A DNA stretch of 64,000 nucleotides from the human T2T-CHM13v2.0 reference genome, Homo sapiens, in NCBI RefSeq assembly GCF_009914755.1, contig NC_060933.1; one strand, given 5' to 3'. Shown here in pieces: positions 27,781-42,392 of this stretch (the first letter of the stretch is position 1; every line of letters starts with the position of its first letter). The notes below the pieces were generated by a model. The model searched no databases and was not told the DNA's origin. It worked only from the letters and a program-made list of their open reading frames with translations. The position numbers and the translations under genes were made by a program.

Positions 27781-27984
27781 CTAGAGAAGAAAAAAAGAAG
27801 AAAGAATGAAACCATGATGGGATAGATCCTTTTCCTCTTTCCTCTAATATGAAAACTGTCTGAGGGCAATGCTACAGGGAGACTGGCACCCGTCACAGGA
27901 GTCATAGGGAGTGTGTGTGTGTGGGGGGGGGGGGGGTTGGTAGCAAACTAGAAAGCACCTTCCACCTCCCCATCAAAGGGAGCA

Positions 27985-28210
27985 GTTGCTGCGACTACAG
28001 CCAACAGTGGCCATATAGGGATGGAGGCCCAGTGTTGTTAGAGCTTCTAATTTTTCAAGATAATTCAGAAATTTAGAGTTATACTTGGACCTGCTGCATT
28101 TTTTAAACATTAGCAATTAACTTGAAGTTTTAAAAAGTACCATGAGTCAAAATAAAACATCTCTATAAGTTACACTGGGCCTGCAAGCTACCAGTCTGCA
28201 AAGCTTTTCC
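27985..28210 (+). mobile_element. MER102 (hAT-Charlie)
   Basis: ggcccagtgttgttagagcttctaatttttcaagataattcagaaat...ttttaaacattagcaattaa. Confidence 0.7.
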
Positions 28211-28767
28211 TGAGGTATACTGTTTCTGAGGTGGGCAAATTCAATAACTTTCACAGATACTTTGCATCACAGATTCCCCCTTCGTCTCTTTGAGGAAGGT
28301 AAGAGTTGGGAGGAGGTCTTGTTTTTCATAACACAGAAAGGGTGAGTGGTCATCGAAGTCACTCAGATTTCCCGTCTGATGACCACTACTCCCAGCTCAG
28401 TAAAGCAACAAATTGCAGGATCGCAAGCCCACGTCCTTTCTCCATCTCAAACACTGCTTAAGCTGTTTTGTTATTTGCACTGTCCTTAAGTGGTGACATG
28501 TTGTAATGGGTTCCTAAGCTAAACAGACATTGTTTGAATTCTTACTCTGCTCCCCTTCCAGCTGTATGACTGTGGGCAAGTTGTTTGACTTTTGGTTTCT
28601 CATCTGTAAAAGAGCGGTCATAATAAGGTCTTCCTTAAATGGCTGGGAAGGTATTAATGTAAGATCCTCCTACAGCGCCTAGAACATAGTGAAAGCTTAT
28701 TAAATTGATAATGTCCTCCCTTTTCTCTACAAGGTAAGGTCTGTTGTTATAAGGAAAAGAATTACCC

Positions 28768-29128
<361 letters not shown>

Positions 29129-30114
29129 TCAGCAAAATTGTAGAACTATGCACGGCACATGCCCCAAGTCCCCAGGAAGCCTGGAGTTTTGCTGTCCTTC
29201 CCTCCACAGAAACCTAGCAGCAGCTGTCTGGTGAGACACTGTAATGGGATCACCTGGGACCCCAGGGCAGGATGAGAAGGAACATGTCTGGCAGGCGGCA
29301 GTGACAAGATCTGCTTCCCTTGGGTCCCAACACTGATAATGGCTTTTCTTTGAAACAAAGTGGCAACATATCAAATGAACCCAGGGAGAAGTTCTGGCAC
29401 TGCTTGGGAGCTGACTGCCTGGGCAACAGATGCTGGGATTTGGGGTTGAGGGTGCGGTAGAGCCAAGGAGAAGGTGGAGGGCAGCCACATGCAGAGTTTA
29501 TGGGCTGCTTTCTCAGTGGAGAGGGGCCTGCAGAACTGCTGTTGCCACACTGGGGGCGGGTCTGGAGTCTTTGAAGCCTGAGTCCCAGAAGTGATGAAAT
29601 TCCCTCTAAGATAGGTATGTTTCCTTCACATGGGGAGTCCTGTAACCCACCTGGTGACAATGCCAGGAGGTCGACATATGTTGTCTTCACAATGTATCTG
29701 TGGAATAGGTTTTATTATTCCTATTAATGTTTCATAGATAAATAGCACTGAAGCTCTTCAGCATGAATTCTGTTGCTAAAAAGTGGTAGGGCTGGGATTT
29801 GAACCAAGTCCGCCTGACTCTAAAATCCAAAAAATGAGTATTACAGAGTACAACGCTCTCTCTTCCCAGGTTAGAGGAACGACTCGATTGTCAAGCACAG
29901 TGAGGCATCTAAAAGTTACTCTTCAGTGGCACAGAGACATAAATAAGCAAAAGAAAGGGGATGGGGACAGAAGAAGGAGAAGGACAGAAAAATGTCCACA
30001 GCATCAGAAGCCACAACCAGAGGCAAGAAGAGGTCAGCTAACATACTCTGCTGCCTTCAACGAGAGTATGTTAGCTTTCTCTGCCCAGGCCTTAAGACCA
30101 CAGACCTGGGATTA

Positions 30115-30340
30115 ACAGTAAAAAGTAGTATTTACTGAGCTCTTACTATGTTCTAGGAACTGTGCCAAGCCCTATCTATAGATTAGCTAACTGAGCCCTC
30201 AGAACAGGCCTTAAATTACTTCCATCTCACAGATAAAGAAATAGATTTGGGACAATTAAGTAGCTGCCCAAGGTCACCCAGCGGGGAAATAGTAGAGGAG
30301 AGATTTAGCCAGTTAGTCTGACTCCAAAGTCCACGAGCAC
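30115..30340 (-). mobile_element. MIR
   Basis: tttactgagctcttactatgttctaggaactgtgc...cacagataaagaaa...ctgcccaaggtcacccagc...tctgactccaaagtcc. Confidence 0.75.
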
Positions 30341-30780
30341 TGCTCACGGGCTCTGCACACACTTTTAGCTCTGAAGCCCTTCCTTTCTGGGCAGCTCAAA
30401 CTCCCTCAAGTGTGCTCCCACTTCTCCTCCCCTGGTTCCAGTCTCATGGAAGCTCACCAGATGCTGGGGGACACAGGGACTTTCAGCTGTGCCAGTTTAT
30501 CTGTGTGGCCCTTATAGCCAGCCCCCCTACCCTCCACACTGGCTACAGATAAGGCAAAGTTTTGGACACACTGCGGATGCTCATGGCAATTGCTGGCCCC
30601 TTTTAGACTGTCTCCAAGCGGCTCTGTTCCCCCCATCTCTGCCACTGCTCAGCTCAGAAATCTCAGCTGTGCCTTCCATTCCATACCTGGTCTCTGACTT
30701 GTCTCTGGCCTTGAAGGGGGTTTGCCTCTTGCCTATCCATTTTGGGCTATGGCTTTAGAGTAGTTGGTTTTGCAATCTGG

Positions 30781-30880
30781 AAGACCTAGTTTAAAATACT
30801 AACCTGACTTCTTACTAGCTACAGCTTATGTAGCCTATGTAGCTAGTAAGCAGTAGGGCTAGGATTTTAAACTAGGTCTT
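30781..30880. repeat. Inverted repeat (43-bp arms, 14-nt loop) inside a MIR
   Basis: 30781-30823 against the reverse complement of 30838-30880: 38/43 identical. Confidence 0.9.
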
Positions 30881-31779
30881 TAGTTTAAAATCCAGTCGAG
30901 TCTTCATCACTCAACTTTATTATAAAACTAATACACAAATTTACTTTGTAGTGTTTTTATTAGTATCTGTACTGTGCTTGGCACTCAATGGAACTTTGGG
31001 AGTAAGTTCAACTTTCATTATTTCCCACCTGAACTCCTCGGGTAGGTAGGACTCCAGGCTCAGAATCTCTTGGCTCTGGCTGCTAAGTCAGGCCCCACTC
31101 TTCCACCATTCCCTCCCTCCCATGTAATTCATTCTTCAAAAGCAAAAGCTGCAAACGGTTCAAGTTGAGACATGTTCAGCATGCACTGCAGTCACCCCAG
31201 GCCAACTCCAGACACTGCAAAGAGGTTGGGAGCCCTCAGGAGCCTAGGAAACCCCACTGGGTTCTCTGCTGAGTCAAAGACAAAATCCAGCTCACAGAGA
31301 GTGGGAAAAGAACAGGAAAGCTACATGCATTTGAAAAATTCTTATATTTATTGATGGTTCAGAGGCCAATTCTACAGTTTGCATACTATTTTCACCCTTT
31401 TCCCTTCTGCCTTACAGACGTCCAGATTTGTGTGTGTGTTTTAAATAAACCTCAGAAGGTGGGACTTGGAAGAGGTTATCCCTTCAGATGGCGAGACCTC
31501 GGATGTCCACCCCTTCTGCAGACTCTGGAACTTTCTCATTCTATGTAACTAGCCTCATGGCAGCAAGATAGAACAAGATACAGCTTGCTGACCCACTCCC
31601 TTTCCTGGCAGGCTCCAGAGAGCCAGTTCATGAAAACTGATTGATTTGAGGTGGTTTTCTTTCTTCATGGTGCTGCAAAGAAGTATCCAATCTCCATTAC
31701 ATAACTAAAAGAAAAGGGAATTCCAAATGAGGGCTGATCTGTGTATGTGCAATGTCATTTAATTCCAGTGACACCCTGA

Positions 31780-32112
<333 letters not shown>

Positions 32113-32278
32113 TCAGTTTTTTTTTTTTTTAAATGGAAACTGAGGCTTAGCTCAGTTAAATCATTTGCCCCAGGCCACAAGGGTAAAAGGAGATAGAGAT
32201 TTGGCTTCAAAACTCAGGCTCTTTCTTCAGCATCCTATAGGTTCTATGGTGTCAGGGAAGGTGAGGGACAAGAATACC

Positions 32279-32590
<312 letters not shown>

Positions 32591-35500
32591 AAAAACACCA
32601 TTTTATGACCTGCACTTAGCTTGCTTGTGGAAGGAGCTCAAAAAATGTTTGTTTTAAAAGAATCCAGCTCAGCAATTGGAAGAAGAAAGGCAACTGGATC
32701 ACCTCGAACGGACACTTGGCTAGCTACAATGGCATCCTGGACCTGGGGAGCTGTGCATGGCTGGGTCTGAGCAAAGGGCAACCCGTGTTCTACATGGCAC
32801 AAGTGACCCAACATCAGGACCATAACCAATGCCCTCCTTCTGCCTCATGAGTACATAAGACACGATAGACCCTCCACTTCAGTATTCCCCATTATGTGTT
32901 TTAAAAATCACTATTCTTGAGAGATCCTTGGCTAAAAAGAGAGGATTCTGAGACCAAATATATTGGCAAAAATGCTGTTTTCATAGAGGTTTACAACGTA
33001 CCCAAGCATAGTAAAGGATCTGAGAATATCTGTAGCAAAAAATCCTATTTAAATCTGGATTCCCCTTTGCTTATAATAGCTATTGATTTAAAACACAGAG
33101 TCTGTAACCAGAACTCCTAGGCTTTATTTCTACCTTTACCACTTATTCACAATGTAGCCATATGCAGATGATGTAGTGTCTCCAAGCCTCACTTTCCCCT
33201 TAAAGAATATATCCCTTAAAGAAAAATGGGGATATATTAATGTTATTTGTAGCTTAGGGTGTTGTGCAGATTAATTACATAAACATCTAAAAGGTTTAGC
33301 TTACTGCCTTGCAGTATTCTATTGTGAATTGTTAGTTTTAGTATCCCATTGACCAAATGGTCTTTGTGACAAACTTTGGGATTAAATTCCTGGCTATTTA
33401 TTTTCATGATAGCAGTCTTGGCATTAATACATCAATTCTGGACTTGCAAAAAACTTACAGTGGCAGGTACTAAATAAGCCCTGGAGTATAATCTACCTTG
33501 CATTATTTTCTACTAGTTTCTCAAACTTATGTCTTATATTGCTGTAAGTTCTCTGAACAAAGGGACTGTGTTATACTTTGATTCCACCTTTGAAAGCACC
33601 TGGCACAGGCAAGGCAGGGAATACTTCATCGATCAAAATTGAATCAGAAAAGAGCAGTGGTCTTATTTAGTCAAGATGTGAATCCATCATCTCCTGTTTG
33701 GGGGAGGCAAAAAAAAAAAAAAAAAAAAAAAAAAAAGAAAACCCACAGCAGAAAGGATAGCTTTTTGCCAGACTCCTGATATATATAGTCCTGGCATGGA
33801 AGGCTGCATGTTGCTTTTGGGGAGAAGAGAAAACTTTGCAATGAGGAACACTGTGATCCAGCCTAGGGTGTGGAAAGGAAAAACTCTGAAACTTTCTTTT
33901 TATCATTGAAATCTTCCTTCTTCTCTTTTTTTTTTTTTTTTTTTTCAGGTAGTGAGAGTTAATTTTCAGTCACTGTACTCAGAAAGTTAATGCCAGACAA
34001 CATTAACCAGCAGTCCTAACTGAAATAGATTGTATATCTTAAGGGTTTGGAGTTAGATTTTGACTAGTCTTATAATAATCCAGACAAACCATCAGCAATA
34101 ATACCAGACTGTTAGATATGTGCCTGTATTGATGATATAGAAAACAATCTTTGATTACAAGATCTCTAAGTGATTTGCAATCAATAATTGAGTCTCAGAA
34201 CATGCCCTTCTCTCTATCCTACCCTGAGCTACCACCAGTGGCTCTTAGCTTAAAAGCTGGAAAATTTCAGACTCCAAGAAGTTGGCCCACATTGAGAAAG
34301 TGTTCAGACTAGTGCTCCACAGAGAGGGGATGGATATCCAGGTGTCCAAGGATAACCCTGGACCTGGATGGCCTTGGGTCATGTGATGTAGCTTAGTTTC
34401 TGCAAACGGACCAGTACTGAAATGGAGTTAATGAGCCTGAAACAGGGCCAGCTGAGCTCAAGTTTTGGAGTGCGCCGAGGCAACATGCCTAAGCAGAGGC
34501 CAGAATCCAAACCAATCACTGATACAAGTTTCTAGCAGGAGTCTGCTCACCAGTTAGACTCAAAGCAAGACTAGAGTTTTCTGAGCAATTAGGCTAAGGA
34601 GGAGGCAGGCCAGGGTGCTGGGGTGAGGGTGGAGAGTAAGGAGAGTGCAGGCCTGGAGTCTCTCTTGAAGGCCTGATGAGACAGCCTTGTAGCCCTGTCT
34701 CTGTTGCTCATGAAGCCTTGGTACTCAGTCAGGAACCCGCATCTGACAGAGCCCTGCTGAGTTTATGAATGTGTCTAACCACAACTTTCTGATCTCCAAG
34801 CCACATTCAGTGTGAGAGCTAAATCGAGTATGAAACGTAATAATTTCTCTGAGGCCCCATGCAGATTTGCCTTTCATCTCTGCCTTAGGAAATCTCCTTT
34901 CTCCCCAAGAAAATTTAATAAAAATTCCAGTAATTTCTGCACTTCAACCCATTTTTCTTTCTTCCTCTTTCCCTCCTGCCCCTCCCTTCCACTAAGCCCC
35001 CAAACATCTCATTCAATCCTTCCTTTTCAGGCACCTCTGAAAGAAAATAAGTTGCCTAAATGGCTTGTGTTACTTATTTTATCTTGTTATGGAGGCCAAA
35101 AAAGGAAAAACTCCTTTAGAATATGCAGAAATGCTTCGGTTGACGAAGGTCCAGGAGACTGGGGGGTGGGGATGTGTGTTCTGAGCTGGCTGTTAATCAT
35201 TCCTGTTTTCATCATTTTCCCTTTTCTTTGGAAGAGAAAGGCCAACACCTGGGAATGAGACTCTGATCTGTGATCGGTGCTGGGCTGAACCTGGGCTTTT
35301 GTGGTCTGAAGAGTAAGAACCAAAAGGTTGTCTCTGGGGATACTGGAGAACTGCCCCCAAACACCTCAAGTTCTGCAAACAACTGGCAGATAGCCCCCTT
35401 TATTGAGCACCTGGTTACTGCCTCTTCTTTCTTTAGAGCTTGGCTCAGTGTCTCCCATCATCCGCAGACCCAGCTTCCCTGGCATCTGTTATTCTGCTCC

Positions 35501-35999
35501 TGAAATTTTCCTGCATAGATCACACATGGTAATTCCACATGTATCTGTGGGAGTCTCTGCTTCAGGTCTGTTACCTGCTCCAGACTGGCCACTCTGTGAG
35601 AGCAGGGACGGTGTCCAGCCTCCTCACAAGTGTCTCCTTAGTGACGTCTCCTTAGTGGCCTGGCACCTGGAGCAGGGTGGGTATGGAATAAATACTTGCT
35701 GACCGTTGGAATGAGAGCTGAGCTCCTGTGCCGCCTGCATACCCTGAAATCAAAGCTCAAAGAGGTGAAGGGACAGACTTGGGCTTTATAGAGCTAGTTT
35801 GTGATGAAGAGGGATCTGAATTCAAGTCTGTCTCAGAGCCTATGCTCCTTCTATTCTGCCAGGAAGCTTTGTAGGGTTTCTACAGCTCCTTTCATCTCAT
35901 GCAAATACGATTGACACAGCTGGGGAAACGAAACTTGTTAGAAGACAAGGTGGAAAAGGGTAGTTTGGCTTTTACTTTCCCAAATGTATGTGTCACTGG

Positions 36000-36245
36000 G
36001 GGTTTAGGACACTGGTGAAACGCCTGGCTCTGGCCTCAATCCCATTTATGATTCCAGCTGTGGGACTTCTGTGCTGCTTGCCCTTAAGCAACTTTGCTAA
36101 CTGCCAAAAGCCTCTGTTTTCTTGTCTGAGGAATGGTGATAATAATACCTAGCTCTTCATGAGACCACAAGGACTAAATGAGAAGCACAGCACCAGCAGG
36201 CACACAGAAGGCATCTGGCAAATGGCAGCCGATGTTACCAACGCT
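36000..36245 (+). mobile_element. MIR
   Basis: gcctctgttttcttgtctgaggaatggtgataataatacctagctcttcatgag. Confidence 0.6.
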
Positions 36246-36872
36246 AGGAAGACGGCTCTTCTGAATCAATGCCAAGACAGGGGTGGCAGGAGGGCAAATG
36301 AAACAGGACAGGTGAAGCTGCCTCTTCTCCAAAGGATAAACTCTTCTTGGAAAGTATACTTGGAAGACATGTCATATATTGGAAGAGCATGTGAACTGTC
36401 CAAGGAGCTTCCAAAGGACATATGATGAAACCTGATTTCCTGGCCAATCCTTTGGGACCCCTGATGGCATGTCAACAACAACCAGAAGTGCCCATGTTTC
36501 TCCTTGAAACTGTTATTCATGTCTGAGGGCATTTGTGCTGTCCCTTCTGTCTTCAGAGTCCAGTAATAAGAGGGATGTGAAAATCCCTCTACAAGTCATA
36601 AAAACCACTCATTCTCAATAGTTCATGAATAAAAACAACATCCCACACACGTGGAAAAAGAAAACATACCTCCTCTGGCAGCGTGGCTGAGAACACACCA
36701 TTTCCAAAATACTTGCAAAACAAGATGCAATCGGATCACAAGGCAAAAACAAAACAAAACAAAACAAAACACATGAACAACACAGATGTTTCTTAATAAT
36801 ATATATCCTCCTCCTCTTAGCTTATTCTCTTGCCCCTTCATCCATCCATTCTCCTGCCTCCTGCTCTCTGTC

Positions 36873-36907
36873 TATATATATACATACATATACATATATA
36901 TACACAC

Positions 36908-36952
<45 letters not shown>

Positions 36953-36970
36953 GAGAGGGAGAGAGAGAGA
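36873..36970. repeat. Compound (TA)n/(CA)n/(GA)n microsatellite
   Basis: Directly visible. Confidence 0.95.
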
Positions 36971-38059
36971 AGCTTCGTGTTCTTGCTGATGCTGATGAAA
37001 ATTCAGCTGCGAGGATTGATTCCTCTTAGCAGATGTTTTGTGTTATCTCAGTACGTTCCTCAAGAAAGTGTCTGTTCGTCATGCCAAGGAAAACAATCCT
37101 GTGTAGCAGGACTTTGTTCCTCTGCCTAAAAAAAGAGAAAACAAAGTCCCCAAACAAGCTGACAGCTGCAAATGCTTAGAAATAAACTGGCTACTACTCT
37201 GTTTTCCAACTCCCTCCCTCTGCCCCTCCCCAGCCCCTTTGTGCTGTCCTCCAGTCTGTTATCATGGTGGTTGGGCCAAAAGAAAGACAAACAGTGGTAT
37301 GTGATTATATGTTCTCAAGAGAGTCTTAATTCTTTCAGACATGCCATGTGCTGGGCATAGGAAGTGCTGTTTCAGCCACCCCAAGGAGCAACCATGAGTC
37401 CAGCGTGCCTGCTCGTCACACCTCCTCCTACCCCTGAGCGCCACTTCTGAGTTGCTCATCAGCATCCCCAGCTCCCAGATGGCTGCCTTTGTCCCCTGCT
37501 TTCACAGCATGGATGTGAAAGGAGCAGTAGATTAAGAAAGACCCAAGATAACCCGTGAAAGATATTCACTGTGGATTGACAATAAAAGCCATTAGAAACA
37601 AACCCTAGACCGTGTAAACCTGACCAGTTTGCTGAAAATCAAATGGGACAAATGAGCCAGAGCTGAGAACAGGATGTTAATGAACTTCATTGGTTCTGGA
37701 AAGTCAGGCTGAGGTACCAGGAGTTTGATCAGGAATATAGGTCTAGGACTACCACACCTTCTGGTTTTTTTCATGAGCCCCAACCAGAATTTGAAAGCCA
37801 GGTTCTTTGTCATGGATGTAATATTGTGAGTATCCTCACAAATAAAACTATTCTTTATTCCCCAGTAGAATCTTTCTTCCATTATGTGGGGACAATTAAC
37901 ACCAAGTCTTGTCTTGAACAGTTGCTGATCTCTAAATTTCTCTTCAGCCCCACTGCCTCCTTCCTAGCTCACCTCCTGCCTAGTTTATGCAGGTCCCTTG
38001 TAACTAAGCTTCCTTTCTTTACTCCTGCATTTCTTCAATCTCCACTTGGCAGGTGAAGG

Positions 38060-38631
38060 ACCTTCCCAATATGCAAATCTAACCAGGAAGCCTGTTTTTC
38101 TGCATAAAACTCTAAAGCAGCCTCCTACTGCTTCCAAGGTGAAATCAAAGCTATTTAACATGCAGGCAAGACCCTTTATGATTTCACACATGCAGTGGTC
38201 CACCATCATTTCTGGATTCTCCCAACTTGCATGTAATACTCCAGCCATCTGAAGCTACGATCCTCTTTCTCACTTGCTTCTGGGCGTTGCTACATACTGG
38301 AGGGTTGGTAGCTGGAAACCTCTTCCTCAGCTTCTCCATTTCGCCTGACTAACTCCCATTTGTTATTCAAACCTTAACTAATTTGTCACTTCCTCTAGAA
38401 CGTCCTCCCTGGCCACCTCACCCTCAGTCTAGGTAGGCATGTCATAACACCCGCTGCTTCTTCCATGACAATACTACCACATCAACTTTTAATTGTCCTT
38501 TTTTTTTTTTTTTTTTTGTCTCCCAGGAGACTGAAAATTGTGTAATGTCAGGGATCTTTCTTGTTCATAGTCATAGCCCTGGCATCGAATGCATAGCAGA
38601 ACACGGTGGTTCTCCATATGTAATTATTGAA
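38060..38631 (+). mobile_element. L2 fragment
   Basis: taaaactctaaagcagcctcctactgcttccaaggtgaaatcaaa...tgtcacttcctctagaacgtcctccctg...gcatagcagaacacggtggttctccatatgt. Confidence 0.65.
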
Positions 38632-39314
<683 letters not shown>

Positions 39315-40199
39315 GTGAATAAACAAATAACCATAGAAACCTGAGTTGTGCGGGAGTGGTGAAGAGCTTCCCCTGCTTGGGTTCCCCTTACTTTTCCCAA
39401 CTCCAAGCACTGGCCCTTGAGTCACAATCTGAAAACCACTGCTTGGTAGAAAGATCTCCATGGAATTGCTATAGGCCCACGTTTAACCAAGTCACGTCTA
39501 AGGAGTAACGCTACCGTGAACATTAATACACAGTTATCTCTTCACACCTTGCAGATCTCGGAGAGAAACGCATCTATCAGATTTTTACTGATACCGAGGA
39601 AGAAGTATCTCCCTCTTCGAATTGTATTGTACATTTGCATTGATGTGGTTATTTTCATCTAAATAAAGTCAAACAGGTAGTTTTCCAGAGTTATTAAAGT
39701 TTGCAATAAGCCAGATTTGGTTGGCAAATCATGCTGAGACACATAATGGGAGGAGGTGGGGGCAAGGGAGAAGATAGCAATGTCATTGATCCTCTTTGTA
39801 CAGTTGGGGGAACCCAGAAAGAACAATTGGAACCCAACTTGAGCGGGGCTTTGCAGAGCCAAAGGGAACAGTGACCCTTCTGAAATGAACCTGAGATAGG
39901 AATAAAACTGTTGGGGGATCTTCTCCAGACAAACAGAATCTGAGGGAAAGACGGTGAGTGGATGCTGAGGACTTTTTCCACCTGACATAGAGGGGTTAAG
40001 GCAGCACTGAGCAAGAAATGGTGAGTCATTGCATTTGCATGTAAGATCCCGCGAAGGTAAGTTGAAGGGATAGGGAAGAAACCAGAAATGTGGCTCTAAA
40101 ATCTTATCTCTGGGTCAAAGTCAAGCTAAATTCATGAACTAATTCAAGTAAATTATTTACTTGAATATGTCTTAAACAAGATATCACATATTCACATGC

Positions 40200-40460
40200 C
40201 TTCAGGGATTACAAAGGAACATGAATGAGTAAAGTAGGCTGGGTGTAATATGATCGGGAGTGGCGTGGACTGTGCCAGCCTGGAGAGTGTATTATGCAGG
40301 AAAGGAAAAAAGCCTCTCAGCCTTAGCTGATTGTTGGCCAGCAGGAATATAGATCTAGGACTGCCAGACCTTCTGTTTTTTTTCAAGATAATCCAGAAAT
40401 CTAGATTCTTACATGAAACCTCCCCGTGGTTAAATTTTAGTTAATTCAAGGACACTAAAA
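40200..40460 (+). mobile_element. MER102 fragment
   Basis: cagccttagctgattgttggccagcaggaatatagatctaggactgccagaccttctgtttt...caagataatccagaaatctagattcttacatgaaacctcc. Confidence 0.65.
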
Positions 40461-40594
40461 AATTTTCAAACGTTTTATTTATTAACATTATTTAGTCTTA
40501 TATAGCTCACTCAGCCTGGAAGTTGACTCTACAAGCTGACAGCTTAATTTTAAAAATTCAAATTTAAAAATTAAAAAAGAAGGAAAGAAAAACA

Positions 40595-41595
40595 CTCTCG
40601 TAGCACTGAGCACATGCAACACATGGATCTTGGTTTCCAACATCATTTTTTAAATAAAGGAATCAGGGCCCCTTGGAGAAAATGGCTGATTCTAGGACTG
40701 AGGCAGGAAATATAAAAGATGGCCTGGGACACCTTAGTGTCAGAAAGAAAGGAAGTGCTAATAAAAACACAATGACAGGGGCGTAGGAGCCAACCTGAAA
40801 GAGCTCCGGAATGGCCCAAACTGGAACAATCTGAGCAAAAAAATAGATGGAGTAGTTTTGCATTATAACCTAAAGTAGAAAATAAATATCTGTGAGTTCA
40901 CACTGATATAAATAAATGGTTGGATAGTAAATAGGGAAAAGAAAAATCTCCTGTGTAGTGAGATTCCAAATATGTAAATACTCCCTGTTCAAGGAGATGA
41001 ATGAAGCTCTTGAGCGTGGGCTATGCTTGGTGAGTTGCTTCCAAAGAGTACAGTATAGGTGGCTTTATAGTCAAGAAACCTGGCAAACATGACCTTGACC
41101 AAGTGATCAAGGTTAACATCAACAGTGATCAATCGTGTTCATAGAATATGGCTTTGATACGATAAGTCGCTTCACTTCTGTGGTCTCCCTCCCCATAACC
41201 CATAAGCCCTATCTAACCATAAAAAAAATCAGACAAACCAACACTGAAGAATGTTCTACAAAACATCTGACTGGTAGTCCTCAAAACTGTCAAGTTCATC
41301 AAAACAAGGAAAGTCTGAAGAGCCTAAGGAGATGTGCTGACTAAATGTAATGTGGTATCCTGGATGGAATCCAGGAACAGAAAAAGGGCATTAGGGAAAA
41401 ACTGAATACTGTGTAGAGTTTAATAACAGTAGTGTTCATGTGTTAGTTCCTCAGCTGTGACAAATGTTTTGTGAGATGTTAGCGATATTGGAAACTGGGT
41501 GAGGGATATATGGGAACTCTGTACTATCTTTACAACTTTTTAATAAACCAACTATTCTAAAGAAAATGTTTATATTAAGAGTTTATTTATATTTA
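40595..41595 (+). mobile_element. L1MC-type 3' UTR fragment
   Basis: ggagaaaatggctgattctaggactgaggcaggaaatata...aaacctggcaaacatgaccttgaccaagtgatcaaggttaacatcaacagtgat...gggaactctgtactatctttacaactttt. Confidence 0.85.
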
Positions 41596-41700
41596 AAAAA
41601 CACTCTGTGGGTCAAAAATATTTGATTGGCTCCAGAGGCCATGAGTTTGTACGTTTTGATTTACGCACTAACATTTCTGTCTTTACTGTTATGCTCTGAT

Positions 41701-41833
41701 CAGGACTGGCTACATAATTTGCAGAGCCCCTTGTTTAGAAATTATTAAGCACTTCAAGATGGCAACAGCAGAGTCTTAAACCAAGCATGGGGCCATTCTG
41801 AGTGCAGGTTTCATGACTGTGAAGCTGGCCCTG
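41701..41833 (-). mobile_element. MER45A (hAT-Tip100), internally deleted
   Basis: caggactggctacataatttgc...tgaagctggccctg termini; 8-bp TSD-like (g/t)ctctga(t/c). Confidence 0.8.
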
Positions 41834-42392
41834 TCTCTGACATGTGATATGATCTGAACAGAGCTGTGGAGTCAGGAGTCATCCTTGCCAGATACAACTC
41901 CCACTATACACCCTTTGTTTGTTCATTAACTAATTTAATAGCTAACAATAGCAAATATTTATTTGTTTGCAGATGTGCTAGATACTAGGGATTCAGCAAT
42001 AAGCGAAAGAGTTAAATTGAATAAGGTCATGTTATACCTAAGTTTCCAGCACTGGAAGTTGACCTAAGGACCTCCCCCAGGTACAGACACCCACAAGGCT
42101 CATCCCCTCACCCTCTCTATTTTCCCACTTTCTTCCATCTCAACTGCAATACTACCTACCTACAATGAAAATTCTATAGAAAAAGGATTTCTTAAGTTCC
42201 AAAATAAAATACATAAAAGTTTTTTGTGACTATTATATAATATTTGCAATTTAAAGTCTCAATTACATTGGCTCCGAAGAGAAACTTTTATTTCCTGGGC
42301 ATCCAATGGCACCAGCCATGTAAATATCCTTATCCCAAAAAAAACCAACAAACTCTGCAGTTGTTTTCCCTATTTTGTGGATGAAAAAATAC

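Noticed and set aside
27570-27905. 111-aa minus-strand ORF overlapping the MOB3B exon
   Set aside because: It is an alternative frame of the real exon extended into the intron, starts at a non-ATG codon and resembles no known protein. The true frame is defined by the splice sites and MOB homology.
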